NCBI GenBank assembly: GCA_051294905.1
Contig: CM119386.1
Coordinates: 3,968,001 to 4,032,000, forward strand
DNA: 64,000 nt
Direction: 5' to 3'
Source of the DNA: Botryllus schlosseri
Taxonomy: Eukaryota
The notes under the pieces were generated by a model. The model did not search any database, was not told the origin of the DNA, and saw only the letters and a list, made by a program, of their open reading frames with translations. Below, one piece after another: positions 62,903-64,000 of the stretch (within the stretch, counting starts at the first letter, position 1; every line of letters starts with the position of its first letter). The translations under genes were made by a program, and so were the position numbers.

Positions 62903-63265
62903 CTCTAAGAGAAACATTACAGCCGAAACTTGGTGGCTTGGGAATGGTTATTCAAGCGTGATGTTTCATACAATATGGCGTTTATGGCTTTGAAGTATTG
63001 AATTGGGTTGTAATAAAACCAGTCAAAGGCCATCTCCGTGACATTCAATGACATCAGTTTTAACAATTCTACCAGGTACTGTGCGATGGCGTTCCCAATA
63101 CGCATATATTTCAATTAACAGAGGAGCAAATATTGCAATGAAGTTTGGGACACGAAGACAGGAAAGTACAGCAACATTCTGTGTTAACACTTGCCACAGT
63201 ATTACTTGCAATGTTCTTAAGGTGCAAGCTGCGACAGGAATGTCACGAGACTTCATCACAATCAC

Positions 63266-63387
63266 CTGGAAAGTAGTAACTATTAGAGCAATCGGTCTTG
63301 GAACTTTTACTCTTGCAGCCCGGAGAGCGTAATATGTGTACATCATGGAATGCACGACAAAATTCATCACCATGAAGACTGGCCCAC
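63266..63387 (-). CDS. ELOVL: ELOVL3/6-like elongase, internal exon (upstream exons outside the window)
   Basis: ATTTCAG|GT GGG CCA; GPVFMVMNFVVHSMMYTYYALRAARVKVPRPIALIVTTFQ|GTGAT; contains the GNS1/SUR4 NxxVHxxMYxYY motif. Confidence 0.95.
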
Positions 63388-63654
63388 CTGAAATGTTACA
63401 TATTCGCATTACCATTCTCTTGCAGTCATACATTCCACTGTGCTCGCAGTAATGAATAATTAATATGTGACGACACCTCATATTTCATCCTGAATCGTTT
63501 CATTCTTCGGGCATGCATTACCACACCATAATTGGGCAATGGGCACAAGTCGCATGGTATGGTAAGTTAGTTGTCAAAAGCAAATTACAGTACCATCATT
63601 ACCATGAGCAGAAATCGCAACCGAATACTAAAAAATATTGCTAACCTTTAAATA

Positions 63655-63900
63655 GTGGATTCTGAACTATCTTCCAATTATCCTTCACATTTCTGCTTGA
63701 AAATCGCCTCTCAGACTTTCATACTACCTTGCAACTGTTGCAAGTATGAAATGGTTTTCTTCTTTGAACAGTGGAAAATGGATATTTGAATCGCTCATTA
63801 TCAGATCGTACAGTGTCCTTCCGCTATGAACATACCGCTTCAATCCCCTGAGAAATCATTCTGTCACTGCGCTACTGTCTGCAGTCTCTTAAATTGATTT
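63655..63900 (-). mobile_element. Possible decayed BEL/Pao LTR-retrotransposon integrase fragment
   Basis: FLRGLKRYVHSGRTLYDLIMSD and YESLRGDFQAEM*RIIGR weakly resemble F..ALRRF..RRG.P..I.SD and (W/Y)ERL...VK..L.K.LG; several stops. Confidence 0.35.
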
Positions 63901-64000
63901 CTACGTGAAGCCATCACATATTTTGCCAATGCTACTGTAGATCTGTTTTAAACTGCTGCAAACTTATGAAAACCACATCAAATCTGGTCAAAAAATCTAT

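Noticed and set aside
63388-63481. N-terminal part of ORF 63023-63481 as ELOVL coding sequence
   Set aside because: No resemblance to the HWYHH-containing upstream ELOVL region. A clean phase-1 acceptor at 63388 marks it as intron, and the sequence after the 63265 donor is also intron.

Overview
AT-rich metazoan genomic DNA. It is probably from a tunicate (ascidian), but that is inferred from the paired-domain sequence and compact 57-62 nt introns and is not verified. Three host genes are supportable: (1) a complete 10-exon Pax2/5/8 gene on + (14147-30050, about 730 aa, paired domain plus YSINGILG octapeptide); (2) the last three coding exons of an ELOVL3/6-type fatty-acid elongase on - (60326-63387); (3) the probable last exon of an unidentified gene at the left edge. 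Two spliceable exons at 53887-54210 encode an orphan two-TM hairpin. The flanks are dense with repeats: 12 hAT-type non-autonomous elements with perfect 8-bp TSDs, tRNA-derived SINEs, CR1/L2, I-group and R4-like LINE relics, and a foldback family. The Pax gene body appears free of them. The most striking structure is a three-level nest. A ~870-bp hAT MITE (42273-49127, TSD ATCTAATT) encloses an apparently intact ~6-kb PIF/Harbinger transposon with a DDE transposase and a convergent 6-exon Myb/SANT-like partner. That Harbinger in turn carries another hAT MITE 50 bp upstream of the partner's ATG. All exon models are manual, from splice signals and phase consistency; no database search or expression data were available.
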